A stretch of DNA of 64,000 bases from Octopus vulgaris (GCA_951406725.2 OX597825.1:77314001-77378000), one strand, 5' to 3'; positions 1 to 14,502 are shown, counted from the stretch's first letter. Notes: generated by a model not told the origin, from the sequence alone. A program made the numbers and translations.

Positions 1-125
1 GTTTTCGTCGTGATATTATGACGACTTACCATGTTAAGAAAAAATATTTCAGGTAAACATGAACTTATGAAATGAAATGTTTTTAAGTGAAACTTAATTG
101 ACATACAATGCTGGTGGAGATCCTG

Positions 126-820
<695 letters not shown>

Positions 821-1091
821 AGCGTATGTGTGAGTGTATATTTTATGTATACGTATATTTATTATATATGTTGTCTCCTCAGGTGCACTTTCACTGCTTG
901 GTTTGTTTGTTAGTAATATTGGAATGTTTCTTTAATGCTTGCCTATGTTTAAAGCATCGTTGCATATATGCATGCTTGTCATCTCTGTATAACTGTCTAC
1001 ATACATACATACGCAATCATACATACATACGCAAATACATACTTGCATATATATAAGTCTGCATGTATATGTCTATATATATATATATATG

Positions 1092-1124
<33 letters not shown>

Positions 1125-1759
1125 GTATGCGTACACACACATAGCAATCCTTGAACACAAATACGCACATATATACACATTTACTGCACATTTCAAATTT
1201 TCTCTTAATATGTTATGATATAATTTATTGTGGTTTTATCTGCATATATAACTTACTCCCACCCATTCTTTTATGCAAATGCGATCAGCTGCATGCCTCT
1301 TTGATTAATTTTAAACATGGACCCATGTTAAACTGTTTCTCAAGTTTCGCTAACACGACATACTGACGGACACAGTAGCTGCATCCTTGGTACAGTTGCA
1401 CACTCACATATTCACCGTTTAACATCATATGTATTCTGCCGCCGCTCATTATTTGTTACAATTGCAAACATATTTCTTATAGGCGAAGGTATATATATAT
1501 AAAACAATGACTTTCATGTAAAATATTTAGTTTCTTCTGCTTTTTCTTCTTCACAATTTGAAAATATTCCGTTGAAAAATCATGTCACTGTTTATTCGAA
1601 AATATTTATGCCAACTCAGCATTATGGCGTTAATGCGTTGAGTACATCGTCTTAAAATGTGCTTCTTCTCTTGCTTTGAACGAGAACATGCAACTCCTAA
1701 AACAATCTGTGTGAAAGTGTATTTGTGTGTGAGTATATATATATTATCTATTTCTGTAC

Positions 1760-1838
<79 letters not shown>

Positions 1839-2179
1839 AATCTATTTATCTATCTATCTATCTAAATATCTATCTATCTATCGATCTATATATCTATCTA
1901 TCTGTCTCTCTATCTATATATCTATCTATTCATGTACTTACCTATCTATGTAACTATCTATCTATTTAGCTATCTACCTGTCCGTCTGTCTCTCTGTCAA
2001 TACATTATCTATACACATCTGCTTATGTATCTAAGTATCTGTACCTTTGTTTGTATGGATGTGTGTATGTATGTATTTATTCATGTATGTATGCACCTGT
2101 CTGTCTGTCTATCTGTCTGTCTGCTTGTCTGTCTGTCTGTCTATTTATCTATCTGTCTGTCTATCTATCTGTCTCTCTT

Positions 2180-2214
<35 letters not shown>

Positions 2215-2295
2215 GCCTGTCTTTATCTATATATCTATCTGTCTGTCTGTGAGTTTCTGTGTCTGTCTATCTGTCTATCTCTCTCTCTATCTATC

Positions 2296-2333
<38 letters not shown>

Positions 2334-2400
2334 CGCGTGTGTGTGTGTGTGTGTATGTGTGTTTGTGTGTGTATTTGTATATGTACTTGTACATACATAT
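1760..2400. repeat. Compound (TCTA)n/(TCTG)n/(TG)n microsatellite
   Basis: Visible tetranucleotide and dinucleotide arrays. Confidence 0.95.
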
Positions 2401-2934
2401 ATGTATTATACTCTATGCGTGCTTTTCTCTATTTAAGTTGGTATAATGTGTGCGTATGTGCGTGTGAGATACGGGAAGGATTTAGCATCTATTTCTAAAA
2501 TGGTTTTATCCCCGCCGCCACCAACGGCTCAGTGATTCGCTTGAGAAACGGTATTAATGTGTCATTTATTAATTGCTTTTCGAAACCAGATCGATAGTTT
2601 TACGAAAATATGTTCGTCTGCTAATCCGCCTGATTATATTATCTGGGATTTTTGAAGAATGAGTCACACAGGAATCCAAGACCGGTGCCGTATTGGCTTT
2701 TGGACATTACACATGGAAAATCCTCTTATTATACTGAGAACTAAATGTTTCCTGCATTAGGAGAGACAGGAACGACACAGCTGGTTCTTGGCGCATTTTA
2801 CCAACAGTTTGAGAAATAGCAGTCAGATCCTTATATTATAGTCTTACTCTCGTTTTGTTTTAAGTTGGACATTGTAGAAGGTAGTCTCAGATATACTTAT
2901 CCCAAACAATACAAAACGAAGGCCGGGAACTTAT

Positions 2935-3065
2935 ATAGTTCAGTTAATCTTTTATTGAACCCGAAAGGATGAAAAGTAAAGTCGACCTCGGCGTAATTTG
3001 AACTCAGTTCATAAAGACGGACGATAAGTCGTTCAGCATTTTATCCGGCGCGCTAACGATTCTCA
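2935..3065 (-). mobile_element. Meta-domain SINE fragment (family M)
   Basis: ccgaaaggatgaaaagtaaagtcgacctcggcgtaatttgaactcag is the reverse complement of the family M core. Confidence 0.8.
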
Positions 3066-3154
3066 AATTAAAGATAAAAGATAATAGATATACAGAAACT
3101 GGTCTTCCATGCAATTTCCGTCTACCAACCACAAGACCGACAATGAAAAGGCAT

Positions 3155-3268
3155 ACTCTTTACACCTTAGCTTGTTTCAGTTACTTGACTGCGGCTGTGC
3201 TGGAGCACCGCCTTGAAGGGATTTAGTCGAAGAAATAGACCCCAGGACTTATTCTTTGTAAGCCTAGT
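3155..3268 (-). mobile_element. 3' fragment of SINE family A
   Basis: ttgtttcagttacttgactgcggctgtgctggagcaccgcc...gacttattctttgtaagcctag matches the full copies at 9036 and 10671. Confidence 0.8.
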
Positions 3269-3269
3269 C

Positions 3270-3790
3270 TTGTGGTTGCAGTGCAAGCGGCACAGTCACA
3301 GCTATTCCCACATCTTAAGAAATGTCTAGCTCTGCGTTTATCGGAAACAATAACTTTCATATTGTTTATCTTAATGAGGAATAAAAAAAGCCACCTCGTT
3401 ATCTCACTGGCATTATTACATTACACAAAAGTTATTAACGCAAAAAAATAATCAATATGGATTCCAATGTTTGCTAAACAACCTGACGAACAGCATATTG
3501 TGCAACAAGGCATGTGGAGCAGAATTTTCGCTTTCTGTTTATCAACACAGTTACCGTCCCAGATTGCAATAATATAGACAGAGTGGAAGGAAGTTGGATC
3601 GGCGGAATCAATATGGCAACGGACAGGATGAAGGTTGTCTTGTAGGATTGAGGATGGTTACAATTAACAAGAAAATGGTAGTGCATTGGTAGACTTGATA
3701 CAGCTTACTAATAAAATGGTGGTGGATTAATCAGAATTAGAATTGCTTGAGTTACCAATATATTGGAGTTAGAATGGCAGAATTCTCTTA
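3270..3790 (-). pseudogene. Highly degenerate non-LTR retrotransposon RT fragment
   Basis: Minus-strand frames give IVTILNPTRQPSS..., PIQLPSTLSILLQ and QYAVRQ, resembling RT motifs IPKPxKxPS, YRPISLLSxLSKLLE and QYGFR. Frameshifted. Confidence 0.35.
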
Positions 3791-4043
3791 GAAGACATAT
3801 ATAGATTTGTGTGTATATGTGTGTGTATGAATGTATATATTTATTTATGAAAGAGGGTATATGCACTTTTATCCCCTCTACTTTATATTTGCACATATAT
3901 GTAGGTGTATATATATGTATAAATATGTGTGTGTGTGTGCGCGTGTGTGTGTGCGCGTGTGTGTGCGCGTGTGTGTGCGCTCGCACCTGTGTGCGTGTGT
4001 ATGTATGTTTGTATGCATACATGTGTGTATTTATGTGAGTATA

Positions 4044-4472
4044 TACTCTTTACTCTTCTGCTTGTTTCAGTTTCTTGACTACGGCTGTGCTAGAGCACCC
4101 CTTAAAGGGATTTAGTCGAAGAAATCTACCCCAGGACTTATTCTTTGAAAGCCTAGTACTTATTCTATAGGTCTCTTTTGCCGAACCATCAAGTTACTGG
4201 GACGTAAACGAACCAGTATCGGTTGTCAAGCGATGGTGGTGGGGGACAAACAGACACAAAGAGACATAGATGAAGTTATATATATATATATATATATACA
4301 TATATGTATATATGTATACAACGGGCTTCTTTCAATTTCCCTCTACTAAATCCACTCACAAAGCTTTGGCCAGCCCGAAACTATAGTAGAAGAAACTTGC
4401 CCAAGATACCACGCAGTGGGACCGAACCTGGATCCATGTGGTTGGTAAGCAAGCTTCTTACCACACAGCCAC
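4044..4472 (-). mobile_element. tRNA-derived SINE family A with internal microsatellite
   Basis: Near full-length match to the 10671-11085 copy; internal (TA)n at 4278-4318. Confidence 0.9.
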
Positions 4473-5632
4473 GGGTCTTCGTAAAATACCTTCAAATTAC
4501 TTTACTGCATTCAGTTTTGGTCTGTATACTTTGCTGAAGTGAGGTTAGGTTTTCTTTCCCCTTGTCCTGCAGACATGAAATAAAATATGAACGAGTGGGG
4601 TATTGTGGATCGATTTAATCGAATGTACAGGGCCCAACTCTTCACTTCACCGAAAAAGGAAAACTTGATGCGACCTCGTGTCAATAATACTAATTAGCTG
4701 TGTGCAAGTATTTCAAATGCTACTTCGGAAATTAATTCCAAAATATGCTACTTAATTCGGAAAACGATGTAAAATGAAGAAACATTTTTCGACATTAATG
4801 GCTTACATCCGTTTTAGTAAATGGTTTATACATATTCCCACATGTATTTAATTTGATTATCCACTTAAGTATTGATTCTAACGTTGTTTTTTTAAAACTT
4901 TAATGCTTTTAAATATGTTTGCTGAGATCGTGGTGAAGTCGGACATTAGTTACTGACCAGCCATTGGTCAATGAAACAGAGATACATATAAACCGAGTAA
5001 GACTGATAGAAATGAAGATAACTGGTTATAGACCTTTTTCATCATGGCTGACTTGAGGATAATCAACAATGGCGGCGACAAAAACAACAACAATAACAAG
5101 CAAAAGAACAATGATAACAAAGGCAATAACAACAACTGTGCTGTCTAAAGGCGAACCGATATTGATGGACGCATTTTCTAGAATAGTCCAAATACCTGAA
5201 CATCTCTGTTACTGTTCTGCGAGGGACTAACAGTCTTTTAGTAGCTTGGTAACGTCTGGCATTTTGACGAATCGAATAATCCTAAGTAAACATGATATAT
5301 ATCATATCTATATTGATTTTGTATTGATTTAGTAGCATTTTGCCGATTCCATGGCACAGACAACGGCAGGTCTTGAACATCAAAGACGAACGTCAGATAT
5401 CAAATAAAACAAGTAATTCCTCGTATATTTAGCTATGTTGGAGGAGGAGGAGAACAAACACGCTCCTGTAAGGAATGGCTAATTGAGATTGTGTTTCGAT
5501 AAAAGTACTGGTTGCTGTGCAACACAAAAGGACATTTTCCTGGAATGAGGGTGAGATGTCTGAAAAAAACAAACAAAAAGGAAGAAAGGATGAAGAGAGG
5601 GAGAGAACGAGGAGAATGAAAGATAGATAGAC

Positions 5633-5663
<31 letters not shown>

Positions 5664-5667
<4 letters not shown>

Positions 5668-5821
5668 CAGATGGATGTATAGATAAATAAGATAGATTGA
5701 TAAGATAGATAGATAAATAACTAGGCAGATAGAGAGGGAGAGAGAGATAGAGAAAGAGAGAGAGAGAGAGAGAGACGTATATACAAAATCACAGACAGAA
5801 GATAGAGAGATAGATAGACAG

Positions 5822-5881
<60 letters not shown>

Positions 5882-6066
5882 AGGACAGACAAACGGATAG
5901 ATAGATAGATAGATAATTAGAGAGATAGACAGACAGACAAGCAGCTGGATGTATAGACAGATAAGATAACTTGATAATATAGATAGATAAATAACTAGAT
6001 GGATAGAGAGGGAGAGAGAGAGAGAGAGAGAGAGAGGCGTACATACAGACAGTCAGACAGACAGAC

Positions 6067-6125
<59 letters not shown>

Positions 6126-6130
6126 CAGAT
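5664..6130. repeat. Tandem duplication (period about 274 bp) of a GATA/GA-rich unit
   Basis: caagcagatggatgtatag...ataaataactag...gagagggagag...cgtatatac at 5664 recurs at 5938. Confidence 0.75.
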
Positions 6131-6454
6131 GGAATTTTTTGCCATCAACTTCTAAACTCAAAGGCGGCATGCAGTTATTTTCTTTGAATACTAACGCCAA
6201 CCAATTCTTCGTCATGAGACGAGTAAATAAGGCAGAAACGAAGCAGCCATTTCGAAAATAGCGGATTTCTAAGTGAAATCCGGCGAGTAAAACTGATAAT
6301 TCTCTCTTAGAGTTAGTCAAATAGCCAAATAAGTATTTTGTAGATAGCACAAGAAAAGATTCTGTTTACTTCTGCAAAATAACAAACGTGTTTCTTGAAG
6401 TAAAGAGGGAGACAGGATGTTATGTAGGAATGTAGCGTAGATGCAATATGGACG

Positions 6455-6600
6455 AAAGGTTTGGAAGTTTGTTTCGTAATCACCAGTTCCCGGGATCGGT
6501 CCTACTACGTGATATCATGAGTAAACATAGTTTTATATAGCTTCGAGTCACCCCAGATATTGTGAACGAAATTAGGTTGACAAGAACTCTATAGAAGCCC
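6455..6600 (+). mobile_element. Degenerate 5' half of SINE family A
   Basis: agtttgtttcgtaatcaccagttcccgggatcggtcctactacgtg...tatagcttcgagtcaccccag resembles the family A head and body. Confidence 0.55.
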
Positions 6601-7827
6601 ATTTACAATCATGTAACTGTTATTCGAAATTACAACCATGTCAAAATCCGAGATCTTTGTATTTCATTCGTTCGGGGTCGATGAAATAGGGGTTGTTTGA
6701 GCACTAGGGTCCATATAACCTTTCTCTGCAAATTTTAGACACCGTACTCTGGATATAGTAGAAAGCATCATTGTTTTTTATCAACATCCTCATCATCTAC
6801 ATCATCATCATCATCATCGTCATCATCATAGCTGTTGTTTCAGTTGTATGCATAATTACATAAGCCACTGTGCATACGCACAAACAAACACACACAGACA
6901 CACAGTCACACACACACACAAACACATACAGACACACGCACACACGCAAACTTATATACATATTTTATGCGTGTATATACATTACACGCATGTCTCTGTC
7001 TGTACATTTGTGTGGATAGATTTCTGAATATATATATTATATGTGTGTGTGTATGTATGTATGTTTGTATGTATGTATGTATGTGTGTGTGTATGTATGT
7101 GTGTGTGTGTGTGTGCATATGTAAGCATACATAGATAATCAAGCACACACAAACACACACACACATACACACAGGACAACACATACGCACATCAATGAAG
7201 GAAGACAAGACTCTTTAACAAAGTTCTAACTTCAAAAAACCGCAAATGGAACTTGTTTCATTAAGAAAGAGAGTCAAAGTTTTATTTTAGAATTCACCAC
7301 CGCCGCCACCACATCCACTGCAACCATAGAGCCTGCAGCGTGTAGATTCCACAAAATAATTATAGATCTACTCAAAAGAACATATCCCACTAAGCAACAT
7401 AGCAGAAATATAACATTAATTACAGGCTAAAAATAGTCCAGCTCATACAAAAAAGCAGAGACGGCCTGAAACACAACGCACTGAAACCACACACACACAC
7501 AATTGAAATAATAAAACTGAGCATCAACCGACCAAAGCAAACACAGGGGAAAAAATACGAATTTAAAACAAGCAATAACAATCGAGAGATGAAGTGAAAA
7601 CTGGCCAATATTTGTATCCGACATTAACCTATAAAATTTACACATAAAACTGTATATAGCGTTATGTAATCTACGATAGTAACAGTAAGGAGAGCAGCAA
7701 AGACAACAGCAGCAAAGACAACAGCAGCAACAGCAGCAAGAGCAACAGCAGCAGCAACAGCAGCAACCTCAGCGGTCAGTCTGCATCCTGCGTCGCAATA
7801 ACTAACTCGAATATTATACCCACACTG

Positions 7828-8368
7828 CCTTTACGATCTGAGTTCAAATTTCACCAAGGTCGACTTTGCCTTTCATCCTTTCGGGGGTCAATGAATTAAG
7901 TACCTATTTCTTTATTAGCCACAAGGGGCTAAACAGAGAGGGGACAAACAAGGGCACACATAGGTATTAAGTCGATTACATCGAACCCAATGTGTAACTG
8001 GTACTTATTTAATCGACCCCGAAAGGACGAAAGGCAAAGTCGACCTCGGCGGAATTTGAACTCAAAACGTAGCGACAGACGAAATACCTATTTCTTTACT
8101 ACTCACAAGGGGCTAAACACAGAGGGGACAAACAAGGTCAGACAAACGGATTAAGTCGATTACATCGAACTCAGTGCGTAACTGGTACTTATTTAATCGA
8201 CCCCGAAAGGATTAAAGGCAAAGTCGACCTCGGCGGAATTTGAACTCAGAACGTCGCGGCAGACGAAATACTTCTAAATTAAGTACCATTTGCGTACTAG
8301 GATCGATCTAATCGACTGATCCCCTCACCAAAAAATTCGGGCCTTGACCTAGAGTAGAAAAGAATACG
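7828..8368 (+). mobile_element. 5'-truncated Meta-domain SINE (tail type A) interrupted by a nested insertion
   Basis: Core gttcaaatttcaccaaggtcgactttgcctttcatcctttcgggggtc, continuing after 8287. Flanked by direct repeat CCCACACTG at 7819-7827 and 8369-8377. Confidence 0.85.
7905..8276 (-). mobile_element. Nested head-to-tail dimer of a ~184-bp Meta-SINE unit (tail type B)
   Basis: Units at 7905-8088 and 8089-8271. 11-bp TSD AATTAAGTACC at 7894-7904 and 8277-8287. Confidence 0.9.
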
Positions 8369-9035
8369 CCCACACTGACCGATTCCTTGCATCCATGGAT
8401 ACTACCAGCAAAACCTCAGCGTGCACATCGTTTTCAACTCAATAGAGAGCGTTGCACATGTTCAGACTATCACATGACACCCCATACAAAACGTCACTGC
8501 CTGATTAGGGTGCAATCTGGTCTTTAGCAGACGACCGTAGGGTAGAACTAGAAAAATATGATTACAGGGTCACACATTGTGGTTTGGCTGGCAAATGTTC
8601 GCCCACAAACGACTCAAGGCTATGAAACAGCAATGTCAACAACAAAACCAAAATAAATATTTGTTTATTTGAAGAAAAGTCAAGTATTTTGTATAAGAAA
8701 AAATTATTGGATTAAGATAATGGGATTATCATAATCCAGTTACAAATCTATTGTTAGGAACAACTTAAGATATTTAACAATTATAACGAAGACCTGGATA
8801 CGCCTGATTATATTTACTACAAGCATACATATACACAAACACACGTATTTATGCAGACATAATAGTATATATGTGTGTGTGTGTGAATATATAGAATATA
8901 TGCTTACCCGCCATTTCAAGGTTAAAACGATGCAAGGAAACACACTGTGACCAGCGGTGTATAACATCGGATACTCTGACACTCTGGTTGATACAGTGAT
9001 ACATATGCATGCAGGTATATATATATATATATATA

Positions 9036-9439
9036 TACTCTTTTTTACTCTTTTACTCAGTCATTTGACTGCGGCCATGCTGGAGCACCGCCTTTAGTCG
9101 AGCAAATCGACACCAGTACTTATTCTTTGTAAGCCCAGTATTTATTCTATCGGTTTCTTTTGCCGAACCGCCAAGTGACGGGAACGTAAACACACCAGCA
9201 TCGGTTGTCAAGCAATGCTAGGGGACAAACACACACACACAAACACACACATACATATATATATATACATATATACGACAGGCTTCTTTCAGTTTCCATC
9301 TACCAAATCCACTCACAAGGCATTGGTCGGCCCGGGGCTATAGCAGAAGACACTTGCCCAAGTTGCCACGCAGTGGGACTGAACCCGGAACCATGTGGTT
9401 GGTTAGCAAGCTACTTACCACTCAGCCACTCCTGCGCCT
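9036..9439 (-). mobile_element. tRNA-derived SINE family A, full length
   Basis: Minus-strand head aggcgcaggagTGGCTGAGTGGtaag...GGTTCAGTCCC (A and B boxes), internal (TA)/(TG) repeat, tail with aaagagt repeats. Confidence 0.92.
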
Positions 9440-9677
9440 GTATATATATATACATACATATATGTATGTAAATGAGTAACAAAGATGTACAGGTGTCAAT
9501 TACGGCTGTTTCAAGCGGTGTCTATAATTGATTAATGAAAACATTGCATCAAGCTGAAAGGAACCGTTCTCGACGTTGTATGCATTTTTGATGTAAATAT
9601 ATTTTTTAAAAATGATTATATCCTTTATATTTAGAATCTGTATCTGTTTTCTCTCTGTCCTCTCATTTCTCTCTTCG

Positions 9678-9740
<63 letters not shown>

Positions 9741-9922
9741 CTGTATGGCCGCAGTTGTCATATATATATATATATATATATACACAAACACATATATGCA
9801 TGTGTCATGAAACATATGTACAAGTATATTTCATATATGCCTGTATGTGTGTGTGTGTTTAATATATCAAAGTTGACTAGCAACATTTGATATATAAACA
9901 CACAGACATACACATAAGAATA

Positions 9923-9961
<39 letters not shown>

Positions 9962-10670
9962 GAAGAGTGTGTGAGCTCAAGCCATCTAGTTGATTCACAT
10001 TATTCTGAGTCACTTTAGAATGGTCAAATTGCAGCCGATAGGACTTCGTGACGAAACATTAGCAACAGTTTATTTCTTAGTTCTATGACCCACCCGTTGA
10101 CGGGCCATGTCATATTCGACCCGCTTCAGGTTGAAGATTGCCCTCCCTGCTCATGACATTGGTGTTATTGCTGCTTAGCCCTAAGTTAGTCTATGGACCA
10201 ATGTGTTTCAACCCTGAATATCCCGATTGTATAATTCTGTTTTATGTATCCTTCATCAATATACTCTTCTATATTTAAAATAGTTTATTGTTATTTGAAG
10301 TAAATGTGTCTGCTCTTTCTCACTAGTCGATATACTACACAAAAGCTCTCCCATTTGCTACTATTAATCCGCTTTAAGAAAGTGTTGTGTCAGATAATAT
10401 CAGTTTCTAATTAAAATAAATGAACATCATTCACTCATATCACGTGATGTCTCGGTACTTTTGGCAGGAAATGTTTTATCGTTTTGTATCTTGTGTTTTG
10501 GTAGTTTAAGTATTTTTTCTAAATATTCAACAGAAAGCTGAGCTAAACTCGTTGCTTTAGTTCCTAATCTTATGGGCCAATGCCCTGACAGAGAAAACCT
10601 TTGCATATAGATGTTCCACTCGTCACCATCCCTTGATATTCTACATATATAGATGCGTCTTATTTAATAT

Positions 10671-11085
10671 ACTCTTTTACTCTTTTACTTGTTTCAGTCA
10701 TTTGACTGCGGCCATGCTGCAGCACCGCCTTTAGTCGAGAAAATCGACCCCGGGACTTATTCTTTGTAAGCCCAGTACTTATTCTATCGGTCTCTTTTTT
10801 GCCGAACCGCTAAGTGACGGGGACGTAAACACACCAGCATCGGTTGTCAAACAATGCTAGGAGGACAAACACAGACACACAAACACACACATACACACAC
10901 ACATATATATATACCTATATACGACAGGCTTCTTTCAGTTTCCGTCTACCAAATCCACTCACAAGGCTTTGGTTGGCCCGGGGCTATAGCAGAAGACACT
11001 TGCCCAAGATGCCACGCAGTGGGACTGAACCCAGAACCATGTGGTTGGTTAGCAAGCTACTTACCACACAGCCACTCCTGCGCCT
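10671..11085 (-). mobile_element. tRNA-derived SINE family A, full length
   Basis: Nearly identical to the 9036-9439 copy. Confidence 0.93.
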
Positions 11086-11504
11086 ATTATCTCTTGTCAT
11101 GTTTAGAAACACAAGGCTGCCTGTAATTTCAAGAACCTTTTATCTTTTTATATCATGTTAGCCATGCGAATAAGTTAAACCACCATCGTTTATTTAGCTA
11201 CCAATGTGTAATAACTAATATGTACACACTGCCAATACGAACTGATAATGCACTATTTGTCCTGATATAATATTTCTTATGGAGTTGCTTTCTTAAAAAC
11301 GCAATAAATATCCGTGAAAGATTAAAATTGATCCCAGCAGCGCCCAATGATAACGCCAGGTGCAAGACAATAAGAAATGTTATCTCAGGACAAATACTGC
11401 AACAACTCGCGTATCAAAGGTGTATGTACATTAAATATGATACATAGATATCTGTTTTAATGAAATACTTCATCAATTGCGTATAACTCTATACGTTTAA
11501 AATA

Positions 11505-11834
11505 TTCTTTTACCTTATACCTTTTGCTCAACAGGTTGTGGCCATGCTAGGGCACAACACTGAAAAGTGTAGTCGAACCCAGTACATATTTTTGTTTTGA
11601 AATCTTGTACTTACTTTATCAGTCCCTTCAACCGAACCGCTAGTTTTCAGGACAGGAAACAAATCAACATTGTTTGCCAAACGTTGGAGTGGGGTACTGG
11701 ACAATCACCAACACAGATATTCACCCACACATAAACATACGTATACACACGTGCGCGCACACATACACATACATGCATATACATATATACATATAAATAA
11801 ATACACATATATATTTATATATATATATAAATAT

Positions 11835-11895
<61 letters not shown>

Positions 11896-11922
11896 AATAT
11901 AGATATATATATATACATACAT

Positions 11923-11979
<57 letters not shown>

Positions 11980-12013
11980 CATGTATATGTATATAAATAT
12001 ATATATGTATATT

Positions 12014-12054
<41 letters not shown>

Positions 12055-12220
12055 GACAGGCTTCTACACAGTTTCCGTATACCAACTTTATTCCGAAGAC
12101 AATACTTGTAGACTCGAGGCTATAAATAAAAACATTGGTCACAAAGTGCCACGCAGTAGGCGGGAACTGAACTGTAGACCACGGGGTTGTCAAGCTAGTT
12201 TTTTAACCAACCACACAACC
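11505..12220 (-). mobile_element. Old SINE family A copy with expanded internal microsatellite
   Basis: 3' half at 11505-11710 and 5' half at 12052-12220, separated by about 340 bp of CA/TA repeats. Confidence 0.75.
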
Positions 12221-12894
12221 GAATTATTTTATTTTGCACTACAGTTTTTTTTTTCTTTTTGTTCCACATTGAGTCAGCCAATAATAAATATCTGAAACAA
12301 GACGGCAGACTCAACCGTCGTTCTGCAAATAAATTAACTGTCCCTATCTGGCCAGACTTAAACGAAAATCTACGCAATCGCCCTCTGAATGCCGTTTTTA
12401 GTGATACGCTTATTTTGTAACACAACAAACTGGAGATAATCAGTGATCAACTTTGAAATCATTTGGTGTTATCAGCAACAAACTTCAGCTTTTGACAGAC
12501 AATTTGGCATCGGATCTTCTCTCTCTCTTGTATTTTTATTTATTTATTCATTGATTATCTTGCGGGTTTTGGTTTTTCTTTTTTTTTTTTTTCAAATGTT
12601 ATTTTAAACAAATCATTTGTAGACACGAAAATAAAAAGAAACTTTATTTGTTTGCTTAGCATTCAACACTAACAGACCGTTCGGAATGAACAAAGCATAC
12701 ACACACATAACACACGTAAGTGCGTGTACGCACACATACCTCACACATACATACACAAGCACATATGCATATATACACGCATATACAGACAAACTATTTA
12801 TCACACATGCATATATACAGCTATACATACGTACATACATGCGGATATACATACCCACACATATTATGTATATAATTATATATTTTATTATTTT

Positions 12895-13268
12895 ATTCTT
12901 TTACTTGTTTCAGTCATTTGACAACAGCCATGCTGGAGCACTGCCTTTAGTCGAACAAATAGACCCCAGGACATATTCTTTGTAAGATTAGTACTTATTC
13001 TATCGGTCAATTTTGCAGAACCGCTAAGTTACGGGAACGAAAACACAACATCGGCGATGTTGGGGAGACAGACAAAGTCACACAAACATAGAGACACACA
13101 TACATATATATATATATACATATATATATATACATATATATAAAACGGGCTTCTTTCGGTTTCCGTTTACCAAATCCACTCACAAAGCTTTGGTGGACTC
13201 GAGGCTATAGTAGAAGACATTTGCCCAAGGTGCCATGCAAGCTACTTATCTCACAGCCACTCCTGCGC
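12895..13268 (-). mobile_element. SINE family A copy with internal deletions
   Basis: ttgtttcagtcatttgac...ctcacagccactcctgcgc. Confidence 0.88.
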
Positions 13269-13320
13269 ATATTAATATATATATGTATATATATATATAT
13301 AGTTAATTAAAAAAACATAG

Positions 13321-13437
13321 AGAGAAAGAAAAAACAAACGTCAGGACGTAGCATAAGTAATGTGCTAATGAGACGCTCAGAGAAGGGGGAGAGTAGTTGT
13401 TTTTACATTTCGAGCATAGCTGTTCTTTCGAAACAGG
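13321..13437 (-). mobile_element. Penelope-type pLTR relic with degenerate minimal hammerhead
   Basis: Homologous to 40683-40872 (acgctcag...ttttacatttcgagcatagctgttct). Minus strand reads ...agctatgctcGAAAtgta. Confidence 0.45.
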
Positions 13438-13507
13438 AATACATACATGCATACATACACATATCAATATCCATATACGTATATATATATATATATATAT
13501 GTGTGTG

Positions 13508-14340
13508 TATATATATTATATGTAGAAAAATACAAACTGAGACAAGAACGTAAAACATTTAGAAGACGATACAAAAAACACGGACGGGACATTCGAAGCC
13601 TTCAATCTTCAGTCAAGAACCGGATCATCCTAGCAATTTCGGCTGATTAATCTTGAGATCGCTCCGATCCGGCCAGCCCCAAGGAAAAACTAAGCTACAA
13701 GCATTAGATTTCTTGGAAGAAGGATCGAATGTGTACAAAACAGGGACAGAAAAACGGACGATGCCACACCTCACTTTGCACTCACTAGCCAATCCTTGGC
13801 ACGCACTCTTTCTTCTCCCCTCTTTAATTCCTTCTTTCTCTCTCTTCTCCCCCCTTTATTGCCTTCGTCCCTCTTTTTCTCTCTCTCTCTTTGTTTCCTT
13901 TGCCCCCTTTCTTTTCTCTCTCTTCTCTCACGTGACCGCTGGTCAAATCAGCCTCTTTGGTCTCCGACCACTGCCGTGAGAACATCGTTGTCTTCGTCTG
14001 CTGATAAAGGCATTTTTTCCAAATACGCCAGCTAAACTTGTTGTACTGTTTATTAGTCGTAAGACACCCGCTGTTTTTGTCCTGTTTTTACCATTATTGT
14101 TTTTTGTATTTTATATTCGTGTGGCATCGTCCGTTTTTCTGTCCCTGTTTCGTATACATTCGATCCTTCTTCCAAGAAATCTAATGCTCGTAGCTTAGTT
14201 TTTCCTTGGGGCTGGCCGGATCGGAGCGATCTCAAGATTAATCAGCCGAAATTGCTAGGATGATCCGTGTTTTTTGTATCGTCTTCTAAATGTTTTACGT
14301 TCTTGTCCCAGTTTGTATTTTTCTGCATATAATATATATA
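13508..14340. mobile_element. Long inverted-repeat element, probably Penelope-like (inverted pLTR)
   Basis: Arms 13508-13769 and 14119-14340 are near-perfect reverse complements apart from a 40-bp indel. The spacer is CT-rich with a hammerhead-like relic CTGATAAagg...cc at 14001. Confidence 0.7.
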
Positions 14341-14372
14341 GCGGTGTCCGTACCCTCGTTGGCCTTATGTAA

Positions 14373-14502
<130 letters not shown>

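Noticed and set aside
1-58. FRRDIMTTYHVKKKYF followed by AG|gtaaac; IMTT resembles nAChR exon 3 (NQIMTTNVW)
   Set aside because: The loop D Trp is absent, and the donor position and phase do not fit a 45-bp phase-0 exon.
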